NCBI GenBank assembly: GCA_045546315.1
Contig: JAZQCN010000095.1
Span: 39,342 to 103,341 of the forward strand
From: Clostridia bacterium
GTDB lineage: Bacteria > Bacillota > Clostridia > UBA1381 > UMGS1253
Reading direction: 5' to 3'
DNA: 64,000 bases
Below are positions 39,294 through 49,474 of this stretch, piece after piece. The notes beneath the pieces are model-generated. The model saw only the letters and a program-made list of their open reading frames with translations, was not told the origin of the DNA and did not search any database. Numbering within the stretch: position 1 is the stretch's first letter; each line of letters begins with the position of its first letter. The position numbers and the translations under genes were made by a program.

Positions 39294-40598
39294 TTATGCG
39301 TTTTCTTTCTTGTTTTTTGCTTCTTCCAGCTTTGTCTGGCGGCGCATCTTCACTTCGTCGCTCATCGGCTGGATATCGCCTGCAGCCTGCAGTGCCATAC
39401 GCGTAAACAGCGGGCCGAACAACTCATAAATCAACACGGCAAAAAGCGTAATGTTTCGAATCAGCGCACCCTCCGCCGGCCAAGCTGTTGCCGCAATTGT
39501 ACACATACCAAGTGCCACACCTGCCTGCGGCAGAAGCGTAATACCGAGGTATTTGCAAATCTGCGGCGCACATTTTGTTGCCTTCGCACTCATGAAAGTA
39601 CCAAAATACTTACCGAGCGAACGGAAGATGATATAAATGATACCAATAACAACAATTGCCCAATCGGCAAATACATTTAATTCAAGCTCCGCACCACTAA
39701 TAACAAAGAACAGCGCCAACAGCGGCGAGGTCCACTTTTCTGTTCTTTCCATTACATCGTGTGACAGCGGACAGATATTGCAAAATACTGTGCCGAGCAT
39801 CATGCAGACGAGCAATGAAGAAAAGCCTACATGCACCGGACCGATGTTAAACTTAATCATCGAAAGTGCAACCGTTACAAATACAAACGCAATCGACATA
39901 TTGAGTCGGTTGGTATTGGAGTTAAACAGCTTCTCAATCTGGGTTAAAATCCAGCCCATAATTGCACCGAGACCCAAGGAGCAAACAATCTCCACAAGCG
40001 GATTGACAAGGATGGAAACCATATCCACCTGCCCGCTGGTCAGCGTCTTTGCAATACCGAAGGATACGGCAAAAACAATCAAGCCCACAGCATCGTCGAG
40101 CGCAACAATCGGCAAAAGCAAATCGGTTAAAGGACCCTTTGCCTTGTACTGGCGCACGACCATTAAGGTTGCCGCCGGTGCAGTCGCCGTAGCAATTGCG
40201 CCAAGAGTAATCAGCTGCGGTACGGAAAGCTTATCCGGCATAATCATATGCACAACCAGAAGTGCAAGGTCTACAAACAGTGTTGCCACAAGCGCCTGAA
40301 AAATACCGATAACAAACGCCTGCTTACCGATTTTCTTTAAATCCTCCATACGGAATTCACTGCCGATGGAAAAGGCGATAAAGCCGAGCGCTACATCGGA
40401 CACAAGCCCGAGCGCATGCACTGCTTCAGCGCTTGCAAAGCCAAGCCCTTCAATGCCCAACTGCCCGAGGCAATACGGGCCGATTAACACGCCGGCAATC
40501 AGATATGCCGTTACACTCGGCAGCTTTAAAGGCTTAAACAGTCTTGTCATTAAAAGACCGCCTAAAAGCGCAATGGAAACAGACAATAATGTACTCAT
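39294..40598 (-). CDS. Cation:proton antiporter (CPA family)
   Basis: ATAPAAT, VALDDA, LLPQAGVALG. Confidence 0.9.
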   Translation of the reverse strand: MSTLLSVSIALLGGLLMTRLFKPLKLPSVTAYLIAGVLIGPYCLGQLGIEGLGFASAEAVHALGLVSDVALGFIAFSIGSEFRMEDLKKIGKQAFVIGIFQALVATLFVDLALLVVHMIMPDKLSVPQLITLGAIATATAPAATLMVVRQYKAKGPLTDLLLPIVALDDAVGLIVFAVSFGIAKTLTSGQVDMVSILVNPLVEIVCSLGLGAIMGWILTQIEKLFNSNTNRLNMSIAFVFVTVALSMIKFNIGPVHVGFSSLLVCMMLGTVFCNICPLSHDVMERTEKWTSPLLALFFVISGAELELNVFADWAIVVIGIIYIIFRSLGKYFGTFMSAKATKCAPQICKYLGITLLPQAGVALGMCTIAATAWPAEGALIRNITLFAVLIYELFGPLFTRMALQAAGDIQPMSDEVKMRRQTKLEEAKNKKENA

Positions 40599-40748
40599 TT
40601 ATATTCCCCCTCTTTAAAAAGAGCTTCCTGTTAAAATATGTATTTTAAAAAACACACAAGGCTTATTATACCACCATTTTTCAAAAAGTCAACTTATTTT
40701 TGGCAAAGAAAAGGCAATGGATGTTTACACCTTCATTGCCGGTTTCTT

Positions 40749-41741
40749 TTATAAATGTTTTATAATTTCCCGATGCAGGTTTTCCGCATAATAAGCAAAG
40801 CCTTCATCATTCGGATGCAGCCATGCATCGTGGTAGAGCGCCGTGTCATGCGGCACCAAATCGCGCCCCGGTATCACCGTCACATTGGCAAAATCCTTCG
40901 TGTTTTCGCAAATGTATCTTTCCAAATCCGAAAACGGTCCGAGCGGGCGCTCTGTATCCTCATCCGCACGCCAGATTGGCGTGATGGCAAAAATTTTCGC
41001 GTTCGGGTATTGCTTTGAGAGCGCACCGTAGAACGCACGCACATCCGCACAGTACTTTTCTGCTGTCTTCTTGCCCCAGTCATTCGAGCCGTAGGCAACC
41101 GTGATATAATCCGGATTAAACTCCGCCTCGTCCGTACACTGTGCAAGTGCCGGGAAGAATGTATCGCCGCCGATGCCTTTGTTTCTGGCCTCCGCATCCA
41201 GCTTTTCGGAAAGACGCACTGCATAGGAATTCTTCTGTCGAATTGCAGTTACCCCGTGCGTAATCGAATCACCGAACATCAGCATTTTTTTGCTCGGGCG
41301 AAGCGGCTTTATATACGCGCCGTCATCTACCCAAAGCTCTGCAATTCTTGCACACGCCTGCCACGGCAGATAAATGCGCACTGTCTTTACCCCTGTACCG
41401 AGCACATAGCTTTCCTTAAATTTCCCTTCTATACCTCCATCCGGCCACATATCTATGCTGCCGACCAACGCATCGCCGGCATATACATCGAGCACAAAGC
41501 CCTTGCTTTTGCTGCCCGGCGAAATGCTGACGCCAAGCTGCAGATTTTCTGCATCCGTTTCAAACGCAAGGCGAATGCCTGCACTTGCCACGGTTTTCAT
41601 ATAAAATTCAGCGCTTGTTTCCTTGTACGCCTGCTCCTGCGCCGGCGTAAAGCGGTGCAAAAACACACCGTCTGCTTCCTCGGTCGCATAGGCTGCCCCG
41701 ATAGTAACAGACTGAATTTCCTCAAAAGTAAGCTTTTTCAT
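40749..41741 (-). CDS. SGNH/GDSL hydrolase
   Basis: FGDSITHG, GIGG, YGSND, DAWLHPN. Confidence 0.88.
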   Translation of the reverse strand: MKKLTFEEIQSVTIGAAYATEEADGVFLHRFTPAQEQAYKETSAEFYMKTVASAGIRLAFETDAENLQLGVSISPGSKSKGFVLDVYAGDALVGSIDMWPDGGIEGKFKESYVLGTGVKTVRIYLPWQACARIAELWVDDGAYIKPLRPSKKMLMFGDSITHGVTAIRQKNSYAVRLSEKLDAEARNKGIGGDTFFPALAQCTDEAEFNPDYITVAYGSNDWGKKTAEKYCADVRAFYGALSKQYPNAKIFAITPIWRADEDTERPLGPFSDLERYICENTKDFANVTVIPGRDLVPHDTALYHDAWLHPNDEGFAYYAENLHREIIKHL

Positions 41742-41774
41742 TTTATATACCTCCAAATTAAAACTTTGTATCCT

Positions 41775-42443
41775 TTAATTTTTCTCCTCACACAAACGGA
41801 TAAAATACTCAAAAATCGCACTGCCGTCAGCGGTGTCGTCGCGCTTTCTTGTGCAGCACATCCGCTCCGGGTGCCACTGCACACCAAAAACCGGCAGTTT
41901 CTCGTGCTCGTAACCTTCAATTACACCATCGTCGGCGCGCAAGGTTACAAAAAAGCCGTCCGCCAAGTCCTGTACCGCCTGATGATGCCAGCTGTTGACG
42001 GTAAAGCTTTCTCCGTAGAGCTTTTCAACAATACTGCCTTTTTGTGCGATAACCTCATGTACAATATCGCGCCCTGCAAGCACTGTGCTGTGCTCTAACG
42101 CATTCGGCAAATGCTGCACAAGCGTGCCCCCGAAAATCACATTTAAAAGCTGATGTCCGCGGCATATGCCGAAAATCGGCTTGCCTGCCTTTAGAAAGGC
42201 TTCCACCAATGCAATTTCCGCCGCATCGCGCGCTTCATCCATATTGACTGCACCGTCTACCGCTTCGCCGTATCGCGCAGGATGCACATCCACGCCGCCG
42301 CAGACAATTAACCCGTCATACTCTGTCGAAGCTGCCGGGCAATACATACGCGTCGGCTCTGCGCCGCACGCGCGGATTGCATCAACATACAGCGCGTAGC
42401 TTTCCGGATTGTTATCGGTAGACAATAAAATTTTGACACCCAT
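41775..42443 (-). CDS. Gamma-glutamyl-gamma-aminobutyrate hydrolase family (peptidase C26)
   Basis: GGVDVHP, GICRGHQ, VNSWHHQ, GVQWHPE. Confidence 0.9.
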   Translation of the reverse strand: MGVKILLSTDNNPESYALYVDAIRACGAEPTRMYCPAASTEYDGLIVCGGVDVHPARYGEAVDGAVNMDEARDAAEIALVEAFLKAGKPIFGICRGHQLLNVIFGGTLVQHLPNALEHSTVLAGRDIVHEVIAQKGSIVEKLYGESFTVNSWHHQAVQDLADGFFVTLRADDGVIEGYEHEKLPVFGVQWHPERMCCTRKRDDTADGSAIFEYFIRLCEEKN

Positions 42444-42444
42444 T

Positions 42445-43785
42445 TTACAAGCTGCACCCCTTCACCTCTGCTACGCCGTCCTCGCGGTATACGATGCGGT
42501 CGCCCGAAGAAAACAGACTGTCCATATAATCGAGGTAGTCTTGTGCCGATGCAAATTCCGGCACAAAGCGTTCTTTAATTTCCTTTGCGCGCACAGCGCC
42601 GTCCTTTAAAAGCAGCTCCAGCATTTTAAGCTGCCATTTTGCCGAGGTCACACAAGCGAGCTCCGGATTTGCAATGCGGTAATTGTCGCCATGCGAGATG
42701 CCCTCTGCGCCCGGACAGTACGGATGCACCGCCGGCAAAATGCCCGACAAATCACCCATATCCGTGCTGCCGGAGCCGACCACAGGCGTGTATGTACACG
42801 GCAGGTCGATTTCCTTTGCCGCATCCAACACGAGCTGCTTCATACCTTCCGAATTCTTCAGCGGTGCATAGCCCGGCGAGTCTATAATTTCAACATTTGC
42901 ACCGAGCGACAGTGCCGCACCGCAAAGCGCACGGTTAACCTTTTTGTTTGCTTCTTCAATTGCTTTAAAGGTTTTGCCGCGTACATAGCTTTCCAAAATC
43001 ACTTCGTCCGGAATGGCATTCACTGCGCCACCGCCCTTGGTGACAATCGGGTGTACGCGGATAATATCCTGCTCTGCAAAGGTTTCGCGGATGGCGTTAA
43101 TCGCCGAAAGCCCCTGCGTTGCCGCATATAATGCATTGCAGCCGTTCCATGGTGAGCCGCCTGCGTGCGCAGATTTCCCTTTATAAATAATGCGTTTTGC
43201 CATACAGCCGACGGAGCCGTCACGCACGCCGGCGCTTTCCGATACCGACGTATGTACCATCAATGCAATATCCACGCCGTCAAAATAACCGCGGTGCAAA
43301 AATTCGCTCTTGCCGCCGAAATAACGGATTTTACCCTCCGCAATCAGCTTGGAACGGTACTCAATCTCAATCAGCTCCTCCGCCGGCACTGCGCAAAGGC
43401 GGATTTTGCCGCAAAGACCGTCTAATGCACCTTCTGCCTTCAAGGCAGCAGCAATGCCTAAAAGCGCTGCACTCTGCGCCGCGTGACCGCAGCAGTGTAC
43501 TGCGCCCGTCTCGGGGTCAGCTTCCGGATGCGTCGGGCAAAGCAGCGAATCCATTTCGCCCAAAACCAAAATCTCCGGACCCGGTCTGCCGGTATCTACC
43601 ACGCAATAAAAGCCCGGAATGTCGCCTGCCTTTACAAGCTCGTAGCCGAGCGCTTCAAATTTATCTTCCAGATATGCGCTCGTTTTTACCTCTCTGTAGC
43701 CCGTCTCCGGGTTTTTCCAGATGTAATCGAGTGCCTCCAAAATCAAAGCCTTGTTCTTTTCTGCCGCCGCAATCAGCTTGCTCAT
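42445..43785 (-). CDS. M20D amidohydrolase (AbgA/B-like)
   Basis: NPETGYRE, HCCGH, PAEE, GKSAHAG, GSTDMGD. Confidence 0.88.
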   Translation of the reverse strand: MSKLIAAAEKNKALILEALDYIWKNPETGYREVKTSAYLEDKFEALGYELVKAGDIPGFYCVVDTGRPGPEILVLGEMDSLLCPTHPEADPETGAVHCCGHAAQSAALLGIAAALKAEGALDGLCGKIRLCAVPAEELIEIEYRSKLIAEGKIRYFGGKSEFLHRGYFDGVDIALMVHTSVSESAGVRDGSVGCMAKRIIYKGKSAHAGGSPWNGCNALYAATQGLSAINAIRETFAEQDIIRVHPIVTKGGGAVNAIPDEVILESYVRGKTFKAIEEANKKVNRALCGAALSLGANVEIIDSPGYAPLKNSEGMKQLVLDAAKEIDLPCTYTPVVGSGSTDMGDLSGILPAVHPYCPGAEGISHGDNYRIANPELACVTSAKWQLKMLELLLKDGAVRAKEIKERFVPEFASAQDYLDYMDSLFSSGDRIVYREDGVAEVKGCSL

Positions 43786-43800
43786 AATAAAACGCCTCCG

Positions 43801-44001
43801 TTAATTTTGTTTTTGTACCATTTTATATTCATCATAGAAACGGTAGTACGGACATGCGCGCCGCGCGCCGCCGTATACACTTGCCATCTCATCCTCATCA
43901 AAATTGACAAGGCAGATGTAAGCGTCCATTTCCTCATCATAGTCGTAATACGCGCAGGTTTCACACTGCGTTATTTTCTTTTTCTCCTGCATTTTCATCA
44001 C
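43801..44001 (-). CDS. Small Cys-rich protein (DUF6472-like)
   Basis: CETCAYYDYDEE...C...DEDE...CPYYRFYDEYK; start uncertain. Confidence 0.7.
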   Translation of the reverse strand: MMKMQEKKKITQCETCAYYDYDEEMDAYICLVNFDEDEMASVYGGARRACPYYRFYDEYKMVQKQN

Positions 44002-44094
44002 CGTTTTTTATTTTATCACATAGCTTTAAAAAAGTAAACAATACTTGATTTTTTGTACTCGGCGTAGTACAATACATCCTTGTGGGGTGAAATT

Positions 44095-44946
44095 ATGCAA
44101 TATTTATGGGTAATATTTGTCGTCATCTACAGCTTTTTAAAAGGCTCGCGCGACGGTATGAAAAAGGCGGCGCTGAAAAAAAGCTCGTCGACGGAAATTC
44201 TGTTTTTTTACACGGTACTCGGTTTTATTTTTACAATTCCGTTTTCCGCAGGTGCGTTTAATGTTGCACCGATATTCATTTTCTGGTCGTTTGTAAAGGC
44301 CGGCGTTGTCAGCATCGCATGGCTGTTTGCGATGTGGGCATTAAAGGAAATGACCGTCAGTCTTTACGGCATTATGGACCTATCGCGCGTCGTGTTTTCC
44401 ACGCTGCTCGGCGTATTCGTGCTCGGCGAGAACATGACCTGGGCAAAAGGCATTGGCCTCTTGCTGGTCATCACCGGTCTTTTGCTGGTCAATCTAAAAA
44501 AGAACACCGCGACCAAGGGCGTAACCCTCGTTACGCTGACCGCCGCGCTGTTAAACTGCTTTTTTAACGCCATTTCCGGCACGATGGATAAAATTCTAAT
44601 GCAGTATATGACCTCGGCACAGCTGCAGTTTTGGTTTATGCTTTTCTCCGCAGCAATTTACGGCGTTATCCTGCTTTGCCGCAAGGAAAAGATATCCGTA
44701 AAATCCATTAAAACCAACTACTGGATTCCGCTGATGAGCCTTTCTTTGGTTGTCGGTGACCGCCTTTTATTCGAGGCAAACGCCGACCCGGAAAGCCAGG
44801 TTACTTTAATGACCATCATCAAGCAATCCTCCGTGTTTGTCACCGTACTGACCGGCTGGCTGTGCTTTAAAGAAAAGCATATTTTATACAAGCTGATGTG
44901 CACGGCAATCGTTTTAGCCGGCATCTTCGTAGCACTGCTGTGGTAA
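44095..44946 (+). CDS. DMT/EamA family transporter
   Basis: About 10 TM helices in two repeats. Confidence 0.85.
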   Translation: MQYLWVIFVVIYSFLKGSRDGMKKAALKKSSSTEILFFYTVLGFIFTIPFSAGAFNVAPIFIFWSFVKAGVVSIAWLFAMWALKEMTVSLYGIMDLSRVVFSTLLGVFVLGENMTWAKGIGLLLVITGLLLVNLKKNTATKGVTLVTLTAALLNCFFNAISGTMDKILMQYMTSAQLQFWFMLFSAAIYGVILLCRKEKISVKSIKTNYWIPLMSLSLVVGDRLLFEANADPESQVTLMTIIKQSSVFVTVLTGWLCFKEKHILYKLMCTAIVLAGIFVALLW

Positions 44947-44989
44947 GCAAAAAAAGCTTCGTCGGGAAAATCCCGTCGAAGCTTTTTAA

Positions 44990-46369
44990 TTAGTCTTGTT
45001 TGATTGCTTTTGTCTTCCACTTGCCGCGCGCATAGAAAATCGCAGTTAAAACCGCGCCGAGCACCCAAGTAATTAACAAAGAAATCTGAATACATACACT
45101 CTGTCCGTGCGGCAGTTCCGGCGTTGTGGTCGCCCAGGAAATGCCGTATGCAATCGGAATACGAACCAGAACCGTTGTAATCAACGAAATCCACATCGGT
45201 GTCATCGTATCGCCCGCGCCGCGCATAATGCCCGAAAGGCTCTGCGTTACCGCCATTGCAATATAACCGACCGCCAAAATCTTCATTAGATTACAGCTCA
45301 ACTCCACCAGGGCAGGCGTGTCCGTAAACATGCCCATCAGATATTTACCGAACAGCAAAATAATGCCGGTAATTGCCGCAGAGCAAACAACCGCCATCAG
45401 CGTGCCCTGCTTTGCGCCCTTGGTTACGCGATCGTAAAGACCTGCACCGACATTCTGCCCTGCGTAGGTCGTCAATGCCATACCGAATGAGAAGTTCGGC
45501 ATCATCGCAAAGCCGTCTACGCGCATAACAACCACATTTGCCGCAATAAACATTTCGCCGAACTGATTTGTCAGCGACTGGACAATAATCATCGCCGACG
45601 ACATAATCGCCTGCGTTGCACCTGAAGGCAGCCCGAGGCGAATCAGCGTTTTTACATAGCTGCCGACCGGCTTTAAAAACTTCAGCTTCAAATCAAAATA
45701 CTCGCGCATTTTCGAAAGCTTGATTAAGCAAAGCACCGACGAAACCGCCTGTGCAATCACAGTTGCAAGCGCAACGCCCGGCACGCCCATTTTTAAAGAA
45801 GCAACAAAATAAATATCCAGGAAAATATTGATAACCGTTGCGACCAGCAAATAAATCAGAACGGAAACCGAATCGCCCATACCGCGGATGATACCGGATA
45901 AAATATTGTAAAACGCCATACCTGCAATGCCGACGAGCGAAATAATCAAATACCCCGCGCAATCCTCAAGGATGCTTGCCGGCGTATTTAAAAGACGCAA
46001 AAGCGGGCGAATCAGCGGCGTCGCGATAATAATAAGCCCGACACAGGCAATCAGCGTCACCGTAATGCAATTGCCGATGGTATGCGAAAGTGCTTCACGG
46101 TTGCGCGCACCGTAATACTGCGCTACCATAATGCTCGCTCCGGCGGAAATGCCGATAAACAGCACCAGCAGCAAATTCAGAATCGGCATCGCACTGCCGA
46201 CCGCGGCAAGCGCATTATCGCCGACATACTTGCCGACAACGATACTGTCGACCGTGCTGTACAATTGCTGTGCAATATTGCCGATAAGCATCGGCAGCGT
46301 AAAGCTTAATATACCTTTCCACGGCGCACCCTCACGCATATCCGTAGGCGCAAATAAACTCTTCATCAT
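44990..46369 (-). CDS. MATE family efflux transporter
   Basis: GNIAQQLYSTVDSIVVG, IIRGMGDS, MRGAGDT. Confidence 0.92.
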   Translation of the reverse strand: MMKSLFAPTDMREGAPWKGILSFTLPMLIGNIAQQLYSTVDSIVVGKYVGDNALAAVGSAMPILNLLLVLFIGISAGASIMVAQYYGARNREALSHTIGNCITVTLIACVGLIIIATPLIRPLLRLLNTPASILEDCAGYLIISLVGIAGMAFYNILSGIIRGMGDSVSVLIYLLVATVINIFLDIYFVASLKMGVPGVALATVIAQAVSSVLCLIKLSKMREYFDLKLKFLKPVGSYVKTLIRLGLPSGATQAIMSSAMIIVQSLTNQFGEMFIAANVVVMRVDGFAMMPNFSFGMALTTYAGQNVGAGLYDRVTKGAKQGTLMAVVCSAAITGIILLFGKYLMGMFTDTPALVELSCNLMKILAVGYIAMAVTQSLSGIMRGAGDTMTPMWISLITTVLVRIPIAYGISWATTTPELPHGQSVCIQISLLITWVLGAVLTAIFYARGKWKTKAIKQD

Positions 46370-46478
46370 TCTGTCATCCCTCTGTTTCCCAAATAAACTC
46401 GCATTATACAGTATAGCACAAAACGGAAAAATTTTCAAGTGGAATAAAAAAGACGGTTTTTACAAACCGTCTTTTTTA

Positions 46479-47180
46479 TTAAAGCAACACTTCTTTATTT
46501 GTACCGTAGAAAATATCGTCATGTCCGCTCATCATTTTTAAAAACTCCTCAAACTGTGCCCAGCGCTCCGGATAGATATCGAATTCATAAGCGTGTCCCC
46601 AGATGTAGAACACCTGTGGTGTTTCGGCTTTCAGTTCCAAAAACGCCTTGCCCAGCTCAAGCATTTTATCCCACTGCGCATGGTGATACACCGTGCCCTT
46701 GTATTGATACAAGTCGGGATACACCGAAAAGCTTTCCGTCGTCGGTACGGTGCGGGCATATTTTATGCCGGTGTTTTCCCGGATAAGCTTTGCCACGCGA
46801 TCGTCGCAGTTTATGCCGCCGCACGGATACGCCATACCAATAACCTCATAGCCTGCAAGCTCTGACAGCGCAAGCCTGTCCTGCTCGACCTGGCGGATGA
46901 CTTCTTCATCCGTTTCCTTTACCAAAAGCGGGTGCGTCAGTGTATGCGCTGCTACCTCGTGCCCTGCATAAATTGCGCGAACATCCTGCGCTTTTACTTT
47001 ATTGTGCGTAATCTCCACACCGTTGCGCACAAGATTATTCTGCCCGCCAAGAAATTCGGAATTCAGGTTAAACGTCGCCTTTAAGCCATATTTATTAAAA
47101 AGCTCTATCAGGCGTATATCCTGCGTTACACCGTCATCGTAGCTGAAGGTCAGCGCTTTCATTTTCCCGCCAAACATCAA
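46479..47180 (-). CDS. Polysaccharide deacetylase family protein (CE4)
   Basis: TFSYDDG, HEVAAHTLTHP, AYPCG, WGHAYE. Confidence 0.88.
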   Translation of the reverse strand: MMFGGKMKALTFSYDDGVTQDIRLIELFNKYGLKATFNLNSEFLGGQNNLVRNGVEITHNKVKAQDVRAIYAGHEVAAHTLTHPLLVKETDEEVIRQVEQDRLALSELAGYEVIGMAYPCGGINCDDRVAKLIRENTGIKYARTVPTTESFSVYPDLYQYKGTVYHHAQWDKMLELGKAFLELKAETPQVFYIWGHAYEFDIYPERWAQFEEFLKMMSGHDDIFYGTNKEVLL

Positions 47181-48280
47181 ATCATCTCCAGAATTTTATT
47201 TTCTTCCATCCAGTCGCCGATGGCTTTTGCCATCGAGAAAAAGCCAAAGTCCGTCGGGTGACAGTTATCTACCGTACCTTCATCTCCGCAAAGCGCCATC
47301 AGTTGTTTGCCATCCATAAACCATACACGCTTGTCTCCTGCTGCAATTGCATTTTCGTACGTTTTCAACGCAATTTCACGACGCGTGACACCAACGGAAT
47401 TGAGATAATAGCGTGGTCTGGTTAAAATCAGAATCGGAATGTCCGGATGCGTCGCGCGAACGGCCTTAAACAGCTTTTCGTGCGTTTGCGCATAATGTTC
47501 GTTATTATTTGCGTTATGGTCATAGTCATAAATAAAGAAAGACATATCTAAGCTTGAAAGATACTCTATCATAGCATCCTCTGCTTTTGCACCGCCCGAA
47601 AAACCAAGGTTGATATGGTCATAGCTGAAACGGCGACTCAGAATAGAAGGATACGCATTACCCGAACGGGATGCACAGCCGCCCTGCGTAATCGAAGAGC
47701 CGTAAGTCACAAACGGTTTTGTATATTTATATTCCTCCGCTGCTTCCAGCATTGCGCCTTCTTTAATACCGATATACACTTCCGAAACCTTACTGTAGGT
47801 CGGAAAATGAATCAGATAGGTGCGCATCTTGTCCGGGGCTGCCTGAAATTCCGGAGTTAAAAGATTGGTCTCCTCGAAGTCTAAAAGACTTTCATACCCT
47901 TCCGTCATACCGACTTTCGGCATAAACGTTTTAACATAGCGCACACCCTCGTCCGTTTCTTCGTACAAATCAAAACCGCTTGCCCCGGAAAGCGCAAAAT
48001 GTGCGCCGTGGTAAACCTCCGGCATCTTTGCGCACAGTGCGATAGCCCTGCTGTTTGTTTTAAATCTCAATCTGCCGCCGGCAGGTCTGTCGTGCAAGCT
48101 ATGAACGCCCGAACTTACCTGCGCAGCAACTTCTTCCGGCATACGGCGGAACCTGCCCTCATGCATATATATGCCATAGATTTTAAATGGTGCTTCCAAT
48201 ACATTATAAAATGCAAGACCTGTTTTATCTATCGTAGATGCCACCGCTAAGTTTTTATCAATTTTTTCGATATTTGACAT
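47177..48280 (-). CDS. SGNH/GDSL hydrolase with GxDLY N-terminal domain (paralog B)
   Basis: SGFDLY, YGSSITQG, NLGFSG, YDHN, DNCHP. Confidence 0.88.
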   Translation of the reverse strand: MSNIEKIDKNLAVASTIDKTGLAFYNVLEAPFKIYGIYMHEGRFRRMPEEVAAQVSSGVHSLHDRPAGGRLRFKTNSRAIALCAKMPEVYHGAHFALSGASGFDLYEETDEGVRYVKTFMPKVGMTEGYESLLDFEETNLLTPEFQAAPDKMRTYLIHFPTYSKVSEVYIGIKEGAMLEAAEEYKYTKPFVTYGSSITQGGCASRSGNAYPSILSRRFSYDHINLGFSGGAKAEDAMIEYLSSLDMSFFIYDYDHNANNNEHYAQTHEKLFKAVRATHPDIPILILTRPRYYLNSVGVTRREIALKTYENAIAAGDKRVWFMDGKQLMALCGDEGTVDNCHPTDFGFFSMAKAIGDWMEENKILEMI

Positions 48281-48299
48281 AATGCGTTCCTCCATCCCT

Positions 48300-49376
48300 T
48301 TATGCTTTTTCAATCATATCCAGAATTTTATATGTATCTATCCAATTCGCAATTGCTTTTGCCATAGAGAAAAAGCCGAGGTCTGTCGGATGTGTATTGT
48401 CCACCGTGCCCTCATCTCCGCAAAGCGCCATCAGCTGCACACCATCCATAAACCATACACGCTTATCCCCGGCTGCAATTGCATTTTCATAGGTTCTGTA
48501 TGCAATTTTCTTGCGGGAAAGCGCAACCTCGTGCAGATTGTAGCTTGGGCGCGTCATAATCAGAATCGGGATATCCGGATGCGCTGCACGCACCTTTTTA
48601 AACATTTTTTCGTGTGTATTTAAATAAAGCTCATTTGATGTTGCATTATGGTCGTAATCGTACAAAAAGAAGGACATGTCCAGCCCTGCCACGTAGTCCG
48701 CAATCGGATCCTCCGCTCTTGCACTACCGGAAAAGCCGAGATTGATATGGTCGATGTCATACCAGCGCGACAAAAAGGATGGATAAGCATTGCCCGACCG
48801 CGAAGCGCAGCCCCCCTGTGTAATCGACGAGCCATAACACACAAACGGTTTTTCGTACTTATAGTCATCCGCCTCTTCGATTACAGCGCCGTCCTCTATA
48901 CCGATATACAAGTCGGAAACAGCACTATATGTCGGAAAATGAATTAAAATCTCGCGCATTTTACTTTCTCCGAGCTCTAAGAGACTTTCATACCCCTCGG
49001 TAATATCCACAGTCGGCATAAAGGTTTTGATGTACTTTAAACCGTTTTCGTCCTTCGCGTACAAATCAAAACCGATAGAGCCGGAAAACGCAAAGTGCGG
49101 CATTTTTCCGAGCGCCGGCATCTTCGCCGAAATTGCAACAAAGCTGCTGTTCGTTTTAAAGCGAATTCTGCCGCCCGCGGTGTTGGCGTGTAATCGAGCT
49201 ACACCGGGATTTACCTGCTCGGCAATCGCCTGCGGCATACGGCGAAACTGACCGTTTTCCATATACACACCGTAGATTTTAAACGGTGCTTCCAGGGCGT
49301 TATAAAACTTTACATTTTCCTTTTCAATTTTAGACCCAACCTTAAAATTCGGGTCGAGCTGCGAAATATTAGACAT
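48300..49376 (-). CDS. SGNH/GDSL hydrolase with GxDLY N-terminal domain (paralog A)
   Basis: IGFDLY, YGSSITQG, NLGFSG, YDHN, DNTHP. Confidence 0.88.
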   Translation of the reverse strand: MSNISQLDPNFKVGSKIEKENVKFYNALEAPFKIYGVYMENGQFRRMPQAIAEQVNPGVARLHANTAGGRIRFKTNSSFVAISAKMPALGKMPHFAFSGSIGFDLYAKDENGLKYIKTFMPTVDITEGYESLLELGESKMREILIHFPTYSAVSDLYIGIEDGAVIEEADDYKYEKPFVCYGSSITQGGCASRSGNAYPSFLSRWYDIDHINLGFSGSARAEDPIADYVAGLDMSFFLYDYDHNATSNELYLNTHEKMFKKVRAAHPDIPILIMTRPSYNLHEVALSRKKIAYRTYENAIAAGDKRVWFMDGVQLMALCGDEGTVDNTHPTDLGFFSMAKAIANWIDTYKILDMIEKA

Positions 49377-49474
49377 AACAATACTCCCTTTCCCTTTTTC
49401 TTTGCGCCCATTGTACCACACCCCACAAAAAAAGTAAATGCTTGTACCAATAAAAAAAGCCCAGCGGGCTTTTT

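Noticed and set aside
37981-40748. Fluoride riboswitch and fluoride-specific CLC
   Set aside because: The GGCAATG hairpin near 40712-40740 is better explained as the upstream gene's terminator; the CLC has GREGA/GEIVP rather than GREGT/GEVTP.
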